DNA of 64,000 bases from Desulfoluna sp. (GCF_030145185.1 NZ_JAQYWB010000026.1:7454-71453); one strand, 5' to 3'; counted from the stretch's first letter, positions 51,773 through 63,220 are shown. Notes: generated from the sequence alone by a model not told the origin. Program-made: numbers and translations.

Positions 51773-54367
51773 ATGGGCCGGGTTCGTGGCATGATACGAA
51801 TTGCGAATGGATTCCGGGACGATCAAACAGATGACAACAGGTACACATACTTTATGTCTGGAAGGTTTCCATTATACCATACCCGCAGGGTGAGGGAAAC
51901 GGTTCTCTTTCTCTTCCCTTCTGCAGGCGGACTGGCCCATCGCCCCCTGCTCTTCATGCTCACAGGGCTTATCGCGGGCATCCTGCTGAACCCTGTCGGC
52001 CTGCAAAGCGCTCTTGCCACAGGCATTCTCTTCGGCCTCACCGCCTGCGGCTGGCTCATCGTCCCCAGACGCCCCCTCCTTGCCGCCCTGATTCCCCTCT
52101 TTGCCCTGACAGGAACCTGGCTCATGGCCCCCTGGGCTCTCCGGCCCAACCCCTCACCCGAGTTCTTTATCGCCCCACACACACTCACGGGACGTATCGA
52201 GCAGATTCAACTGCATGATCAAGATCTTAAATGCACGCTAAGGGATGTCCACTTTACGGGGGAACCTGGCCTGGCCCTTCCCTTTTCCGCGGTCCGGCTC
52301 AGGGTCAAGGGAGGGCAAACCCTGCCAGCGGCCGAAGGCATGCAACTCACCGTGACCTGCCGCCTTCGCCCCTTTACCAACTTCAACAACCCGGGACGAT
52401 TTGATTACAAAGCCCATATGGAACGAAAAGGCATCGCCGCCTGGGCAGTGGTAAAAACCGCAGAGGTCTCCCTGCGGCCAGCCACGGCGGGCCATGGTTG
52501 GCAAACAACGCTCCATCATGCCAGGCGCCACATTGAAACCGCCCTTTTCGCCCACGCCCCCACGCCTCGCGCAGGGGCTCTTCTCTCCGCCCTCATCACC
52601 GGAAACCGGTCCCACATTTCACAGCCCCTGCGCGATCTCTTTGCCCACACCGGGACGGCGCATCTTCTGGCCATCTCCGGCCTTCACCTGGGAATTGTGG
52701 CCACCCTCTTCTTCTTTCTCTTCAAGCACCTTTTCTCGTTCTGGGAGCGACCCCTCATCAAGGGGTACACACAAATCCTGACCGCATCTGCCACGCTGGT
52801 TCCGGTCGTCCTCTATGCCCTGCTGTCGGGGCTGGCCCCCTCGACTCAACGGGCTCTCATTGCCGTCGTCCTGGTCATGGGAGCCCTGGCCTTCCATGAA
52901 GAGGCGGATCTCCCCACCACCCTGGCCCTGGCGGCCCTGGTCATTCTGGCCTTCCATCCTCCTGCTCTTTTTGCCCTCTCCTTTCAGCTCTCCTTTGCCG
53001 CCGTTTCCGCCATCCTGACCAGCCTGTATCAGCTGCGCCCCTCCCAGAAAGGCAGGCCCCCAAGACCCCTTCGCTACCGGGTACTCCTCTTTATTGTTCC
53101 CCCGTGGATGGCCTCCTTGGGCACGGCACCGCTGGTCTGGTATCATTTCGGATACGCTTCTCCCGTCGGACTCATTGCCAATCTGGTGATGGTCCCCCTG
53201 GCAAGCTTTGCCGTGGTGCTGCCGGGCCTTCTGGGAGCTCTTTTCCTTCCCCTGTGTGGCCCCCTTGCAGGCGTTCTATTTCTCCTGGCCGGCACCGCGG
53301 CTGAAGGATCCATCCGCATGGCCACACTTTTTGCCACCCTTCCCGGAGGCTTTCTGGTCCTTCCTCGCCCAAGCCTTGCCACCACCCTGCTTGTCCTCTG
53401 CCTTCTCTTCTCCCTGCTGCTCTCCCAGCCCCTCAAGCGAAAAGGTCCCGCAGGTGTTGCCCTCCTCTGTCTGCTCTGGCTCGGCTGGACCGCGGGCAAC
53501 GCCTTCCATCAACGCCATCACAACCCCACCCTTCGCGTGACAGTGCTGGATGTGGGGCAGGGGACCTCCGTGGTGCTGGCCTTCCCCAACGGAAAACGAT
53601 GGCTGGTGGATGGGGGCTTCGCCTGGCCGGGCCGATATGACGTCGGTCGATTTGCCGTGGGCCCCTACCTTCAGACGGCCCAGGTCACCGCCCTGGATGC
53701 CGTGGTCCTCACCCACCCGGAAAGTGACCACATGGGAGGGCTGATCCACATCCTCAAATATTTCAACGTCGCGAAACTCATCACCAACAGCCAAAGGGGG
53801 AAGGGTGCCTTGTGGGACCAATTCTGTGACGCCGCCACCGACTGTGGCACGAAAAGACTGTATTTTAACGCCGAGACTCCCTCCATGCTCGTGGAAGGGG
53901 TCCGCGTCACCTGCCTTCACCCGGCCTTGCCATCGGCCTGCTTTACAGGCAAAGGAGCGGCCAATAACAACTCACTGGTTCTCCAGCTTGCTTATGGAAA
54001 TCACCGCATCCTCCTCACCGGAGATATCATGAGTAAAGCGGAAGCCCGGCTGGTGGCCGAGGCAAAGGAGACCCTCCAGTCCGATGTCATCATCGTCCCG
54101 CATCACGGAAGCTCCAGCTCCAGCACACCGGACTTTCTGGCACGGGTACGCCCTGCCATCGCCGTGGTCTCGGTGGGACAGACCAACCGCTACGGCCTGC
54201 CCCATAAGAAGGTTCTCAATCGCTACACCCAGTCCGGATGCACCCTTTACAGAACCGACCGGCATGGAGCGGTCACCATTGAGTCTGACGGAATCTCCCT
54301 GTCGGTTATCACCGCCCTCAATCCCCTGCCGGCCCTTTCCCCCTCGCTCGCATGGGCACAGCCTTGA
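51773..54367 (+). CDS. comEC: DNA internalization-related competence protein ComEC/Rec2
   Basis: Polytopic N-terminus, competence domain, C-terminal metallo-beta-lactamase motif (LTHPESDHMGG). Start uncertain. Confidence 0.85.
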   Translation: MGRVRGMIRIANGFRDDQTDDNRYTYFMSGRFPLYHTRRVRETVLFLFPSAGGLAHRPLLFMLTGLIAGILLNPVGLQSALATGILFGLTACGWLIVPRRPLLAALIPLFALTGTWLMAPWALRPNPSPEFFIAPHTLTGRIEQIQLHDQDLKCTLRDVHFTGEPGLALPFSAVRLRVKGGQTLPAAEGMQLTVTCRLRPFTNFNNPGRFDYKAHMERKGIAAWAVVKTAEVSLRPATAGHGWQTTLHHARRHIETALFAHAPTPRAGALLSALITGNRSHISQPLRDLFAHTGTAHLLAISGLHLGIVATLFFFLFKHLFSFWERPLIKGYTQILTASATLVPVVLYALLSGLAPSTQRALIAVVLVMGALAFHEEADLPTTLALAALVILAFHPPALFALSFQLSFAAVSAILTSLYQLRPSQKGRPPRPLRYRVLLFIVPPWMASLGTAPLVWYHFGYASPVGLIANLVMVPLASFAVVLPGLLGALFLPLCGPLAGVLFLLAGTAAEGSIRMATLFATLPGGFLVLPRPSLATTLLVLCLLFSLLLSQPLKRKGPAGVALLCLLWLGWTAGNAFHQRHHNPTLRVTVLDVGQGTSVVLAFPNGKRWLVDGGFAWPGRYDVGRFAVGPYLQTAQVTALDAVVLTHPESDHMGGLIHILKYFNVAKLITNSQRGKGALWDQFCDAATDCGTKRLYFNAETPSMLVEGVRVTCLHPALPSACFTGKGAANNNSLVLQLAYGNHRILLTGDIMSKAEARLVAEAKETLQSDVIIVPHHGSSSSSTPDFLARVRPAIAVVSVGQTNRYGLPHKKVLNRYTQSGCTLYRTDRHGAVTIESDGISLSVITALNPLPALSPSLAWAQP

Positions 54368-54432
54368 CACGGATCCCGCCGCCGCATAAAGTACGGCCAT
54401 TGGCTTCGATTTTTCTCGTTTGGAGGTTCTCT

Positions 54433-55326
54433 TTGTTTTTTTGTTCCCGTGACACCGGACACCCTACCCTGCCCGCCGTTTGCGGCGTTCTCATCGTGAT
54501 TCTCCTACTCCAGGGGTGCGCTGCGCATTCCTCGATTCCTGTAACAACGCCCCTGCCCCCCATCGAAGACCCGATGGTGATGGAGGCCCCGCAGGAAACC
54601 CCGATAATCCAGGAGGCCCTTCCTGCCGACGATGAATTCGACGACGAAGATGATTTTTTTGGTGAGGATGACTTTTTCGATGAGGAAGGGTTGAGCGAAG
54701 AGTTTGAGGAGACCCCCGAGGCATTGGTCGCAGATCCATTGGCCCCCTTTAACCGGCTGATGTTTGGCCTCAACGACAAACTGCTTCTCTGGGTGGTCAA
54801 GCCGGTGGCTACGGGATATCGTGCCGTCACCCCCACGGTGGTGAGACGCGGCGTCTCCAACTTTTTCGACAACCTCAAAACACCGGTTCGCCTTATAAGC
54901 AGCCTGCTGCAGGGGAAAATTAAAGGAGCGGGGTCCGAGCTGGGACGCTTTTTGGTTAACAGCACGGTGGGGGTCCTGGGGTTCGCCGACCCGGCCGATC
55001 ACTGGCTTCACCTCCAGCCAAGCGACGAAGATCTCGGGCAAGTCCTCGGAGCCTGGGGCGTCGGCAACGGCATGTACATTGTCTGGCCGCTCCTCGGCCC
55101 CTCTTCGTTAAGGGACAGCGCCAGTATTCCGGGGTATTTTTATCTTAACCCCGTCGGCTACATCAAACCCGCGAAGCTCTCGCTGGGCATCAGCGCCTAT
55201 GAAAAATTAAACGAGGCCTCCTTCAGCATTGATGATTACGTGGCGCTGAAAGCGTCGGCTCTGGACCCCTATACCTTTATCAGAGACCTTTACATCCAGA
55301 GTCGCAACAAAAAGGTCCAAGAGTGA
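54433..55326 (+). CDS. mlaA: MlaA/VacJ-family lipoprotein
   Basis: TTG start with RBS GGAGG 6 nt upstream. Signal peptide/lipobox LLLQGC. DPLAPFNRLMFGLND ... GVSNFFDNL ... RFLVNSTVGVLG. Confidence 0.8.
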   Translation: MFFCSRDTGHPTLPAVCGVLIVILLLQGCAAHSSIPVTTPLPPIEDPMVMEAPQETPIIQEALPADDEFDDEDDFFGEDDFFDEEGLSEEFEETPEALVADPLAPFNRLMFGLNDKLLLWVVKPVATGYRAVTPTVVRRGVSNFFDNLKTPVRLISSLLQGKIKGAGSELGRFLVNSTVGVLGFADPADHWLHLQPSDEDLGQVLGAWGVGNGMYIVWPLLGPSSLRDSASIPGYFYLNPVGYIKPAKLSLGISAYEKLNEASFSIDDYVALKASALDPYTFIRDLYIQSRNKKVQE

Positions 55327-55338
55327 TGGAACCCCCTT

Positions 55339-56229
55339 ATGGAAACCCCCATCCTGGAAATCCGGAATCTTGTCAAACATTACGCCGATGTCACCGCGGT
55401 CAAAGGGATCTCTTTTGCCATCCGTCGCGGCACCTGCTTTGGGCTCTTAGGCCCCAACGGCGCCGGTAAAACCACCACGATTGAAGTGACCGAAGGCATT
55501 CTCCCCGAAACCTCCGGTGAGATCCTGTACAAAGGGGCTCCACGGGGTGAAAGCTTTACCCGGGAGGTGGGCATCCAACTCCAGAACACCGAGTTGCCCC
55601 TGTTCCTCACCGTGGAAGAGACCCTGGAGACCTTCCGTCATCTCTACACAAAACGCGCAGGACGGGAAGCCCTCATCGCCGCCTGTCGCTTAGAAGAGAT
55701 CCTTAAGCGAGACAACCGAAAAATCTCAGGCGGCCAAAAACAGCGACTGCTCCTGGCCATGGCCCTGGCAAGCGACCCGGACCTCATTTTTTTAGATGAG
55801 CCCACCACCGGCTTGGACCCCCAGGCCAGGCGTCATCTCTGGGAAATCGTGGAGAAACTCAAGGAAGACGGAAAGACGGTGGTGCTCACCACCCACTACA
55901 TGGAAGAGGCGCAAAACCTCTGCGATGAAATCGCCATCATGGATCACGGTCGCATCATCGCCATGGGAAAAACAGAAGCCCTCCTTGCCGCCCATTGCAA
56001 AGGCTCTTCCATCATGCTGCCCGGAACCGCACCCGACGACGCCTTCACCGCCCTGTCTTCCGCCTGGTTCCGCCTGCCGGACGGTCGCATCTCTATCCAA
56101 ACTGAAGACCCGGACGCCTCCCTGCGGGAACTGGTCGCAAAGGGATTTGACCTGACCGGCATTGTCGTGACCCCCCAGACCTTAGAAGACCTGTTCCTCG
56201 AGCTGACGGGCAACGCCCTTCGAACCTGA
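55339..56229 (+). CDS. ABC transporter ATP-binding protein (ABC-2 type)
   Basis: Walker A GPNGAGKTT, signature SGGQKQR, Walker B LIFLDEPT. Confidence 0.9.
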   Translation: METPILEIRNLVKHYADVTAVKGISFAIRRGTCFGLLGPNGAGKTTTIEVTEGILPETSGEILYKGAPRGESFTREVGIQLQNTELPLFLTVEETLETFRHLYTKRAGREALIAACRLEEILKRDNRKISGGQKQRLLLAMALASDPDLIFLDEPTTGLDPQARRHLWEIVEKLKEDGKTVVLTTHYMEEAQNLCDEIAIMDHGRIIAMGKTEALLAAHCKGSSIMLPGTAPDDAFTALSSAWFRLPDGRISIQTEDPDASLRELVAKGFDLTGIVVTPQTLEDLFLELTGNALRT

Positions 56230-56270
56230 CAACCCGCTTTCAAGATGGCTTACCTTGCCGCCTGAGGCCC
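56230..56270 (+). repeat. degenerate right-arm repeat unit between ABC genes
   Basis: CAACCCGCTTTCAAGATGGCTTACCTTGCCGCCTGAGGC. Confidence 0.6.
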
Positions 56271-56302
56271 TTTTTCATTTTTTTACCAGAGGTATTGTTC
56301 CC

Positions 56303-57328
56303 ATGATCAAACGCATCTGGACCCTTTTCAAAGCCCGGAATATCGAATTCTACAGAGACCGTTCCGCCCTGGGGTGGAGCCTTCTCTTCCCCTTTCTCGT
56401 CATTGCGGGATTTTCTCTTATTTTCAGTGAAAATTCACAAAGACTCTACAAAGTGGGCGTCCTTCACACAACCCCCGGCCCGGACCTCTCCGAGAGCGGT
56501 CATCTCCTCACCCACCCCCTCATCCAGGCCATTGAGGTTTCCCCGCTTGACTCTGCCCTGTCCAAACTGCGGCACCACCGTCTTGACATGGTCCTCGCGC
56601 CGGACACAGGCCACTACTGGATTAACACTGACGCCCCCAAGGGGGCTGTCCTCGAAGAGATCCTTCTGGGCGGCGAACGGAAAACACCCGGGCCATTTAC
56701 CAGACAGGTGATCGAAGGAGACCGGATCCCCTATGTGGAATGGCTCTTTCCCGGCGTCCTCGGCATGAACATGATGTTTTCCGCCCTGTTCGGGGTAGGG
56801 TATGTGGTGGTCCGTTACCGGAAAAACGGGGTTCTGAAACGTTTCAGCGTCACCCCGGTTCGCCCCTGGGAGTTCCTCACCGCCCAGATCCTCTCTCGCC
56901 TCTTTGTCATGATCGCCACCACCGGCATCGTCTATGGCACATGCGCTGCCCTCTACGGCTTTTCCTGCCGTGGCTCGTTCGGGGCTCTGTTCACCGTCTT
57001 TCTCGCCGGAGGCATGGCCATGATCTCCTTAGGTCTCCTCCTGGCCGCCCGGGGCAGCAGTGAAGAGCTGGCCGGAGGCATCTTGAACCTCGTCTCCTGG
57101 CCCATGATGTTTCTGTCCGGCGTCTGGTTCTCCCTTGAGGGCACGGCCCCATGGGTCCAAACCCTCGCCCGAATATTCCCCCTGACCCACCTCATCGAAG
57201 GCGCCCGAAAGGTGATGAACGACGGAGCTGGCTTTGCCGAGATCCGCTTTGAAATTGCCATCCTCCTGGCCATGGCCCTGGCATGCCTCATTGCAGGTTC
57301 CCTTCTCTTTCAGTGGAAGAATGAATAA
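56303..57328 (+). CDS. ABC-2 family transporter permease
   Basis: 341 aa from MIKRIWTLFKARNIEFYRDR, with a 6-TM ABC-2 profile. Confidence 0.8.
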   Translation: MIKRIWTLFKARNIEFYRDRSALGWSLLFPFLVIAGFSLIFSENSQRLYKVGVLHTTPGPDLSESGHLLTHPLIQAIEVSPLDSALSKLRHHRLDMVLAPDTGHYWINTDAPKGAVLEEILLGGERKTPGPFTRQVIEGDRIPYVEWLFPGVLGMNMMFSALFGVGYVVVRYRKNGVLKRFSVTPVRPWEFLTAQILSRLFVMIATTGIVYGTCAALYGFSCRGSFGALFTVFLAGGMAMISLGLLLAARGSSEELAGGILNLVSWPMMFLSGVWFSLEGTAPWVQTLARIFPLTHLIEGARKVMNDGAGFAEIRFEIAILLAMALACLIAGSLLFQWKNE

Positions 57329-57335
57329 AAAAAAT

Positions 57336-57660
57336 GCCTCCGGCGGCCCTGCCGTGGGCTAAACTTTTGCCTGATTTTATAAAGATGGGTTTAACCAACA
57401 GGTCTTAAATACATAGTTCAGATTTACGTCGACCCAAATCCGGATGTGATTTGACCCGAGGAATCCGCCTACGCCCATGTCTATGCGCCACCATTCGACC
57501 AACGTCAATGGGCTACGGAGCGACAAGCGATCCGTCTTCGCCTGCGGCTACGCCGTGACATGGGGGCAAAACGCATCCGCAACCTGCTTTCAAGGTGTTT
57601 TTGCCTAAATGGCTTCGCCACCCTTACCGCCGGAGGCTATTGGGGGAGCTGGATAGTTAT
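57336..57660 (+). repeat. composite repeat element, copy C (full length)
   Basis: TIR GCCTCCGGCGGC (57336) ... CCGCCGGAGGC (57636), then outer GCTGGATAGTTAT. The core matches copies A and B over ~150 nt. Confidence 0.9.
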
Positions 57661-57764
57661 CACAAATATGGGGTTGCGACGGCCAGTCGCCATACCCTAT
57701 AGTGCATGAACAAAAAACACGCTCACCTGCTTATGAAGCCATCACCATCTCTGGAGGTCCACCC

Positions 57765-59381
57765 ATGCCATCTTTTTTTTATCAGCCCCTCTTTCCTATT
57801 GGTCCGGATACCACTGTTTACCGCAAACTCAGCGATGAGGGGATTGAAAAAGGGGAGGTTTTTGGCGACCCTGTGATCCGTGTAACTCCGGAGGCCCTGA
57901 CCCTTCTGGCCCGTGAGGCCTTCGCCGACGTCTCCTTTCTTTACCGAACCCGACATCTGGAGCAACTCCGGCGCATTCTTGACGACCCCGAGGCGTCGAA
58001 AAACGACACCTATGTGGCCCTGGAGATGCTGAAAAATGCCGTGATCGCGTCAGAAAAAATTTTCCCCATGTGCCAGGATACCGGCACAGCTACAGTGGTG
58101 GCCAAAAAGGGAACCCGGGTTTTTTCAGGCCGTGAGATCCCGGATGAAGAGGCGATCTCAAAGGGCATTTTTGACACCTACACCCAAAAAAACCTGCGCT
58201 ACTCCCAGCTGGCTCCTCTCTCCCTGTTTGAAGAGACCAACACCGGATGCAACCTGCCTGCGCAGATCGACATTCAAAACGGGAAAGGGGCAAGCTACGA
58301 CTTTCTCTTTATTGCCAAGGGGGGCGGCTCTGCCAACAAAAGCTTTCTGTTTCAGGAAACCAAGGCGATCTTAAACCGCCAGAGCCTGCGCACCTTTTTA
58401 AAGAGCAAAATCACCGAAATCGGCACCTCCGCCTGCCCCCCTTATCATCTGGCTATTGTCATCGGGGGCTCCTCGGCTGAGGTCACACTGAAGACCGTCA
58501 AGCTCGCCTCTGCCGGCTATCTGGACTCTCTGCCGGAGAAGGGCAACGAATTCGGGCACGCCTTCCGGGACCGGGACATGGAAGAGGAGGTGCTTCACAT
58601 GACCCAGCAGATAGGCTTGGGGGCTCAATTCGGAGGGAAATACTTCTGTCACGATGTCCGTGTCATCAGGCTGCCACGACACGGAGCCTCCTGCCCGGTG
58701 GGCATCGGGGTCAGCTGCAGTGCGGATCGGAACATCAAAGGAAAAATTACCGGGGAAGGGGTCTTTCTGGAGCAGCTGGAAAACGACCCTGCACAGTTTC
58801 TACCGAAACCGGCCATCGCGGTCGCACCAGGGATTGCGGTCGACCTGAACCGCCCCATGGACGAGATCCTGTCGGAGCTTTCGAGCCATCCGGTGGGGAC
58901 ACGGCTCTCGCTGTCCGGCGACATCATCGTCGCCCGAGACATCGCCCACGCCAAGCTCGCCGAGGAATTGGAAAAGGGTGGCGACCTGCCCGATTACTTC
59001 AAAACCCACATGATCTACTACGCGGGTCCCGCCAAAACGCCGGAAGGCTACGCCTCAGGATCTTTCGGCCCCACAACAGCGGGCCGCATGGACCCCTACG
59101 TCCCCATCTTCCAGAAACGGGGGGGCTCACGTATCATGCTGGCCAAGGGAAATCGTTCCGCAAAGGTAAGAAAATCATGCGAGGAAAACGGGGGCTTCTA
59201 CCTGGGATCCATCGGGGGACCGGCGGCCCGTCTCGGCCGAGACTGCATCAGCAAGGTGGAGATCCTTGCCTATGAAGAGCTCGGCATGGAGGCCATCTTC
59301 AAAATCACCGTCAAGGAGTTCCCCGCCTTTATCATTATCGACGACAAAGGGAACGACTTCTACCAACAGGCCATCCTATGA
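57765..59381 (+). CDS. fumarate hydratase class I (Fe-S hydro-lyase, fused alpha/beta type)
   Basis: 538 aa from [11 protein letters not shown] (RBS GGAGG). Conserved Cys ligand contexts (MCQDTGTA, ...CPPY..., ...[12 protein letters not shown]...). Confidence 0.85.
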   Translation: MPSFFYQPLFPIGPDTTVYRKLSDEGIEKGEVFGDPVIRVTPEALTLLAREAFADVSFLYRTRHLEQLRRILDDPEASKNDTYVALEMLKNAVIASEKIFPMCQDTGTATVVAKKGTRVFSGREIPDEEAISKGIFDTYTQKNLRYSQLAPLSLFEETNTGCNLPAQIDIQNGKGASYDFLFIAKGGGSANKSFLFQETKAILNRQSLRTFLKSKITEIGTSACPPYHLAIVIGGSSAEVTLKTVKLASAGYLDSLPEKGNEFGHAFRDRDMEEEVLHMTQQIGLGAQFGGKYFCHDVRVIRLPRHGASCPVGIGVSCSADRNIKGKITGEGVFLEQLENDPAQFLPKPAIAVAPGIAVDLNRPMDEILSELSSHPVGTRLSLSGDIIVARDIAHAKLAEELEKGGDLPDYFKTHMIYYAGPAKTPEGYASGSFGPTTAGRMDPYVPIFQKRGGSRIMLAKGNRSAKVRKSCEENGGFYLGSIGGPAARLGRDCISKVEILAYEELGMEAIFKITVKEFPAFIIIDDKGNDFYQQAIL

Positions 59382-59392
59382 AAAAGCCATGA

Positions 59393-62300
59393 TTAAATGG
59401 ACGTCACAAAGGTTTCAAGGACCGAAACCGCCATAGGCTCCACAAACGCAATGTGAATGGAGATGGCATTCTCTCCTCGCGCGTTTACGCTGCTGACACG
59501 CCCCTGAATAGAAAAACTGTCGGCGTGTTCACCGGGCGTCATCAAAGAGCAGATCGAACGCCCGAGGAGCAGACGTGCCATGGCATATCCACTACTCTTC
59601 ACTTCGACTGAAAGCCCCCCTTCGGAGAGATCGATCATGGCCCCCGAGAATGCTTTGCCCACCGTGGTGCCTGTGTCCGTCAACAGCTGAAGCACCACCT
59701 TCCCGTCGACATCAAACCGTTTGTAGCGACGCCTCTCAACCCCTTTGGCCTGAACGGTCTCGGATAGATTATTAAACCGGCGGCAAAAGGTGCGAAGCTT
59801 TTGAACGCACTCGGGGTGTTTCGTCTCCAGGGTCTTCAGGCTCTCGCGATCCAGAAACCCGACATTGGCCCCTGTAAGGGCCACGAGGGACGCTGTACTG
59901 ACATTGGTTCGAAAAAAGGCATCGTATCCCACCACATCGCCCTTGCCCAACTCCTTGATAAAAATCTCTTTGGAACCATCTCTATAGATAATCTTCAGTC
60001 TGCCGCTGTTAATAAAACAGAGCCGGTTGATCACCTCTCCCTGGGAAATAATCTCTGCATCGACCTCCACCGCTGTATTCTTTGTGTGGTAATAAAAACT
60101 GGAGGCTTCCTCATCGGTCAGCAGCTCATAAAGATCTTTCCATGTCTCCAGATACTCACCGGAATCGACAAACCGCTTCTCCTGCTCAATGATCTCTTCG
60201 GCTCGAACCGTTTCACTGAGAGCCAGCTCATCCACGTCGGATATACGCATCTTATAACGCTCGGCACGTTGAAAATCCTTTTCACGCGCAGCACGTTCCA
60301 CCATCAGAAGGAGCATCCTCAGGGCCGAGGGTGTTTTCCCCCCGCTGATGAGTCCATTGACAATGGCGTCAAGGATACTGAAATCCTCTTCAGCGATGTA
60401 TTCACGGGTCACTTTCACTCGCGTATCGGGTTCTGTCTCCTGTGCCGTTGTCCGCTCTTTCGAAATGGCATCCCGAATCCTGAGAATCGCCTCTTCAGCC
60501 AGAGACTTCTGACCTGAGGTAAATCGACTCCTCCCCAGGAGCCCTCTTTGATCCACCACAAGTTGAAGCGTCGGCAGCGCCTTCATGGACCCGATCTCTC
60601 CCAGGGCCAGACAGACAGCCTGAATGACCTGATGTCTCTCTTCCGGTGTGCCGGCCAGTTTTGATTTCAAAACCTCAGAGAGCGCATACACGGCCTCATC
60701 ACCGCCCAATTGAGAAAGAGACTCCGCCAGGCGTGGTTTCACCTCGTTGGGGACCTGAAGAATTGCTTTTGAAAAAAACCGTGGACACTTGTCCCCACCA
60801 ATCTGTTTGACACAGGAGATCACAGCGTCCAATACCGGTTCTTCATCTCGGAGCATCAAGGGTTCCAGAATATCAACCTGCTCTTCAGATCCGATTTCAC
60901 CAAGAATTTTTAAAAGATTGCGAAGGTAAAACCAGGCGCTGTCAGGCTTGATCCGATCGGTAATTTCTCCAAGGGCCGCGGGACCAATATTCAGCAAAAT
61001 GCCCATGGTTCGGATTCGCTCCGCCATGACGTCACTTTCTCGAAGAAGGTCAAGCAAAGGGGGGGCAGATATTTTCCCGAGGAGAACAAGAAAATTCGCC
61101 GTATGCTCCCGGCGTCCTTTTTCATTTTTCCGAAACTCGGCCATGATGGCGTTAAACACCCGTTCTGAAGCCATTCGACGCAAGGTTTTGGCCGCAAATT
61201 CTGTCATCTGGGTATTTTTCTTTAATCGCCCACTTTCAATAAGGCTGAACGTTTCAACCACGGGGATCGCCGAGGCAAGCTGGCGGGACGTCACCATATT
61301 GTGAACATAATTCACCATCATATCGGCAACCGATTCGTAAAGAGGGGTGCCCCCCTGCTGATAGCGGGCCCACAAATTAATGGGGGCCACCACCCGAATC
61401 ACCATATCCCATCGTTCAAGGCTGATAAAAGCCCGAGCGGAATGCAAAAGAACCCGAATGGCCAAAATGGACTGATTCTCATCCTCGAGATTGATGGCCC
61501 GGGAAACCGACTGAATCAACGCTTCGGCTTCGCCACCCCTGCCCTGCTGAACCTTTTCGGTCAGGGTCCGGGGTAACGCCGCCAAGACCTCAGGGTCCGC
61601 CAAAGCGCTGAAATCCCCGTCCGCAAGGGCTTCGATCAGCACCTCGATACGGACAAGTTCTATTTTCTGCAACCTCTCCTCACGCTTCCTCAATTCGTCA
61701 ACCGGGTACTTGAGCTCAATCCCCCTGGGAAGGGAAAGCATCCAGTCCGACGCATTGGCATAGAGCCTCAAATGAGCCCCCGTCACCAATCGACTGCCCC
61801 GTCTCTGGCTTTGAGCCATGAGCAAGAGGCGGGCTGAGAGCATCATAAACGAATCATTGTCAAGCTGATCCACACCCTGGGTGACGTTCATATTTGAAAA
61901 ATTCAACGCCAGGGCATCACAATTAAACCAGGGTCCCAGCGCGTCAAGGCTCCTGTACAAAAGGGGAAAGATCGTCTCATGCCCGCGCTCCATTCCTGCC
62001 AGAATCAAAAAGCCACTCAGCCTCGCCATGCCGGCGATGGTTTCCCAGTCGTTGGCTTCGAATCCCCGGTCACCGATGTAGCTAAAAAATCGACGACTCA
62101 CGGCTTTCAGCCACTCTGTGCTTGATATTTTTCTCGTGATATACCCGAGCGCCTGTGTGTCTGAGATCTGATTGTACCAGATATACCGGAACAGCTCTTC
62201 ATCGCTTTGAATCACCACATCCGTTTCCGCTTCTACAAAAACCCTGTGATTCACAGAGACAAAAACCACCCCCTCGGTATCGAGAATCTTTCGCACCCCC

Positions 62301-62674
62301 CCCAAGGCCTCCATTTCCTCGGGAGCGATACTGAGAACACGAGAAAACTTGGCATAATTCTCAGCATCTATGCCGCGGTCAAAGGCGATGCTCTTAAGGT
62401 TCAGGCTCTCCATAAGAACCCGCAGAGAATGGATCTGAGGCATTCTTTGAGCTCTCGGGTCCAAGAGCTTCCCATCAAAAAGAATCGCCCCTTCCGCTTC
62501 CGACACCACGAACGGAGCCTCCCGGTAAAATACAGTCGTTAGACGTTTATAGCCGGTACTCAATGAATTTTTGACAATGTCACTGGTTTCCGGATAAAGC
62601 CGACAACTTTTCACGGCACTCATAAAAAGATTTACAGCAACACTTGCCGTATTGAGATTGAGTTCATCAGCCAT
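59393..62674 (-). CDS. large HEAT-repeat protein with C-terminal cyclic-nucleotide-binding and PilZ domains
   Basis: 1093 aa from MADELNLN (RBS AAGGTG). ~800 aa of HEAT/PBS-lyase-like repeats, a cNMP-binding beta-barrel region (GEVINRLCFINSGRLKI ... LGKGDVVGYDAFF) and PilZ (RRRYKRF ... IDLSEGGLSV). GC lower than neighbours. Confidence 0.7.
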   Translation of the reverse strand: MADELNLNTASVAVNLFMSAVKSCRLYPETSDIVKNSLSTGYKRLTTVFYREAPFVVSEAEGAILFDGKLLDPRAQRMPQIHSLRVLMESLNLKSIAFDRGIDAENYAKFSRVLSIAPEEMEALGGVRKILDTEGVVFVSVNHRVFVEAETDVVIQSDEELFRYIWYNQISDTQALGYITRKISSTEWLKAVSRRFFSYIGDRGFEANDWETIAGMARLSGFLILAGMERGHETIFPLLYRSLDALGPWFNCDALALNFSNMNVTQGVDQLDNDSFMMLSARLLLMAQSQRRGSRLVTGAHLRLYANASDWMLSLPRGIELKYPVDELRKREERLQKIELVRIEVLIEALADGDFSALADPEVLAALPRTLTEKVQQGRGGEAEALIQSVSRAINLEDENQSILAIRVLLHSARAFISLERWDMVIRVVAPINLWARYQQGGTPLYESVADMMVNYVHNMVTSRQLASAIPVVETFSLIESGRLKKNTQMTEFAAKTLRRMASERVFNAIMAEFRKNEKGRREHTANFLVLLGKISAPPLLDLLRESDVMAERIRTMGILLNIGPAALGEITDRIKPDSAWFYLRNLLKILGEIGSEEQVDILEPLMLRDEEPVLDAVISCVKQIGGDKCPRFFSKAILQVPNEVKPRLAESLSQLGGDEAVYALSEVLKSKLAGTPEERHQVIQAVCLALGEIGSMKALPTLQLVVDQRGLLGRSRFTSGQKSLAEEAILRIRDAISKERTTAQETEPDTRVKVTREYIAEEDFSILDAIVNGLISGGKTPSALRMLLLMVERAAREKDFQRAERYKMRISDVDELALSETVRAEEIIEQEKRFVDSGEYLETWKDLYELLTDEEASSFYYHTKNTAVEVDAEIISQGEVINRLCFINSGRLKIIYRDGSKEIFIKELGKGDVVGYDAFFRTNVSTASLVALTGANVGFLDRESLKTLETKHPECVQKLRTFCRRFNNLSETVQAKGVERRRYKRFDVDGKVVLQLLTDTGTTVGKAFSGAMIDLSEGGLSVEVKSSGYAMARLLLGRSICSLMTPGEHADSFSIQGRVSSVNARGENAISIHIAFVEPMAVSVLETFVTSI

Positions 62675-63220
62675 GAAGATCACACCTTTGTTCAGAATTA
62701 ATGGAATCCGCAGCAACCCTGCTGCCCAGAATGTTAGGATGGCATCGCCAAAAATCGAACGGACGCCATCACACTCAAACATGCCGCCTTCCGTCCACCG
62801 TTGACCCCACGATGCTGTGATGAAGAGCGTTGACCTTTTAAAGAATGTAACCCGTGAAAATGGTGGCTCACCATGGAAAAAGGAGGTGTCATAAAGCTAC
62901 AAACGAAATGAAATTCAGAGAACGAAGAAAGCGATTCATTGTTGATATGCAACCAAAAGCCATCCAAAACTTACCTTGTTATTATAACACTAACCACGTT
63001 TCAATGTAAGTTCAATCTAATGACAAGGCCACCTGCCGCCCCCCACGCGATCTTCATTACCCACCGTATTTACTGGTAAATTACGAGGAGACACGACACC
63101 CACGCCAACCGGACAGACCTGTCACCCGGAGGCGGGCCAGCTCACCCACCCTTCTATCATGCCTTAATTAAACAAAAAAACCTCTGATCACTCAATCTAC
63201 AAGGACCTTTATAAAAAGAT

